Below are positions 37,482 to 37,846 of a stretch of DNA of 37,846 nt, in pieces; position 1 is the stretch's first letter, and the number at the start of each line of letters is the position of its first letter. A program made the position numbers and the translations under genes. The notes below the pieces were generated by a model. That model ran no database searches, was not told the DNA's origin, and saw only the letters and a program-made list of their open reading frames with translations. The stretch spans positions 1-37,846 of IMG/VR virus record IMGVR_UViG_3300030330_003390. One strand, 5' to 3'. This DNA is from a virus (taxonomy: Duplodnaviria > Caudoviricetes).

Positions 37482-37846
37482 TTATTTTTTTACTTTTTCT
37501 AATGATCTACCGCCAAAATAAGCACCGATCACTGTTATTAATACTAGTTGTAATAAGTCTACCCATGTGTCTTTTACTTCAAAAGTAAGCACGCCAGCAT
37601 CAATAAAAATCATTAATACTGTCGCTACAACTAGAAATATAAGAACTAAAGGTCTTATGTTTTTACTTAACCATGAATCTGAGTTCATGTCTACCTTCCA
37701 TCTTTCAGTTACTTGCTTTTGCATTTCAGCTTCGTAACCCATTATCATATCCTTTATCTTTTTTTCAGCTTCAAGCTTTTCTTCTTTAGACGTGTGTAGG
37801 CTATCTATAACTCCTCCTACATTTTTTACTAAATCACTGGCTCCAC
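37482..37846 (-). CDS. Holin of the GTA 3TM family; 5' end outside the window
   Basis: RW..DM.SDSWLSKNIRPL...GAYFGGRS.EK signature; frame is open upstream of 37748 to the window edge (GASDLVKNVGGVIDSLHTSKEEKLEA). Confidence 0.85.
   Translation of the reverse strand, partial: GASDLVKNVGGVIDSLHTSKEEKLEAEKKIKDMIMGYEAEMQKQVTERWKVDMNSDSWLSKNIRPLVLIFLVVATVLMIFIDAGVLTFEVKDTWVDLLQLVLITVIGAYFGGRSLEKVKK

Noticed and set aside
1-37846. Alternative genetic code (TAG or TGA recoding as in some crAss-like phages)
   Set aside because: The standard code gives dense, uninterrupted long ORFs; TGA stops occur in normal ATGA couplings.
1-37846. tRNA genes, introns or inteins, integrase or IS elements
   Set aside because: Intergenic gaps are too short for tRNAs; TerL, portal and MCP look uninterrupted; no recombinase or transposase motifs seen.

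Overview
An AT-rich phage genome segment with essentially all real genes on the minus strand. It covers the virion morphogenesis and packaging region of a podovirus that very probably infects Bacteroidota (marine Flavobacteriia type, resembling Cellulophaga phi38:1/phi40:1-like distant relatives of crAss-like phages). Host evidence: A-rich starts without Shine-Dalgarno sites, and signal peptides followed by Gln. In transcription order (right to left): 3TM holin (partial), small conserved genes, GroES-like protein, probable TerS, TerL, portal, scaffold, major capsid protein, capsid-module protein, two tail ring proteins, a tail stabilisation/muzzle-like protein apparently split over three genes, three probable ejected internal proteins (the last a 2491-aa polyvalent protein), then an accessory operon. 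That operon encodes a membrane protein, an exported thioredoxin-fold protein without CxxC, five very basic modular mini-proteins, a PAP2 phosphatase, and an exported Cys-repeat protein that the ORF track missed. The two strongest candidate novel systems are (1) a shared YxQKxNPF / (S/N/T)P-hydrophobic-K peptide tag on the basic mini-proteins and on an ejection protein, suggestive of capsid targeting or processing of injected cargo, and (2) K-[FY]-S linkers at the domain boundaries of the giant protein, suggestive of a self-processing polyprotein. All family assignments come from motif recognition by eye, not database searches.
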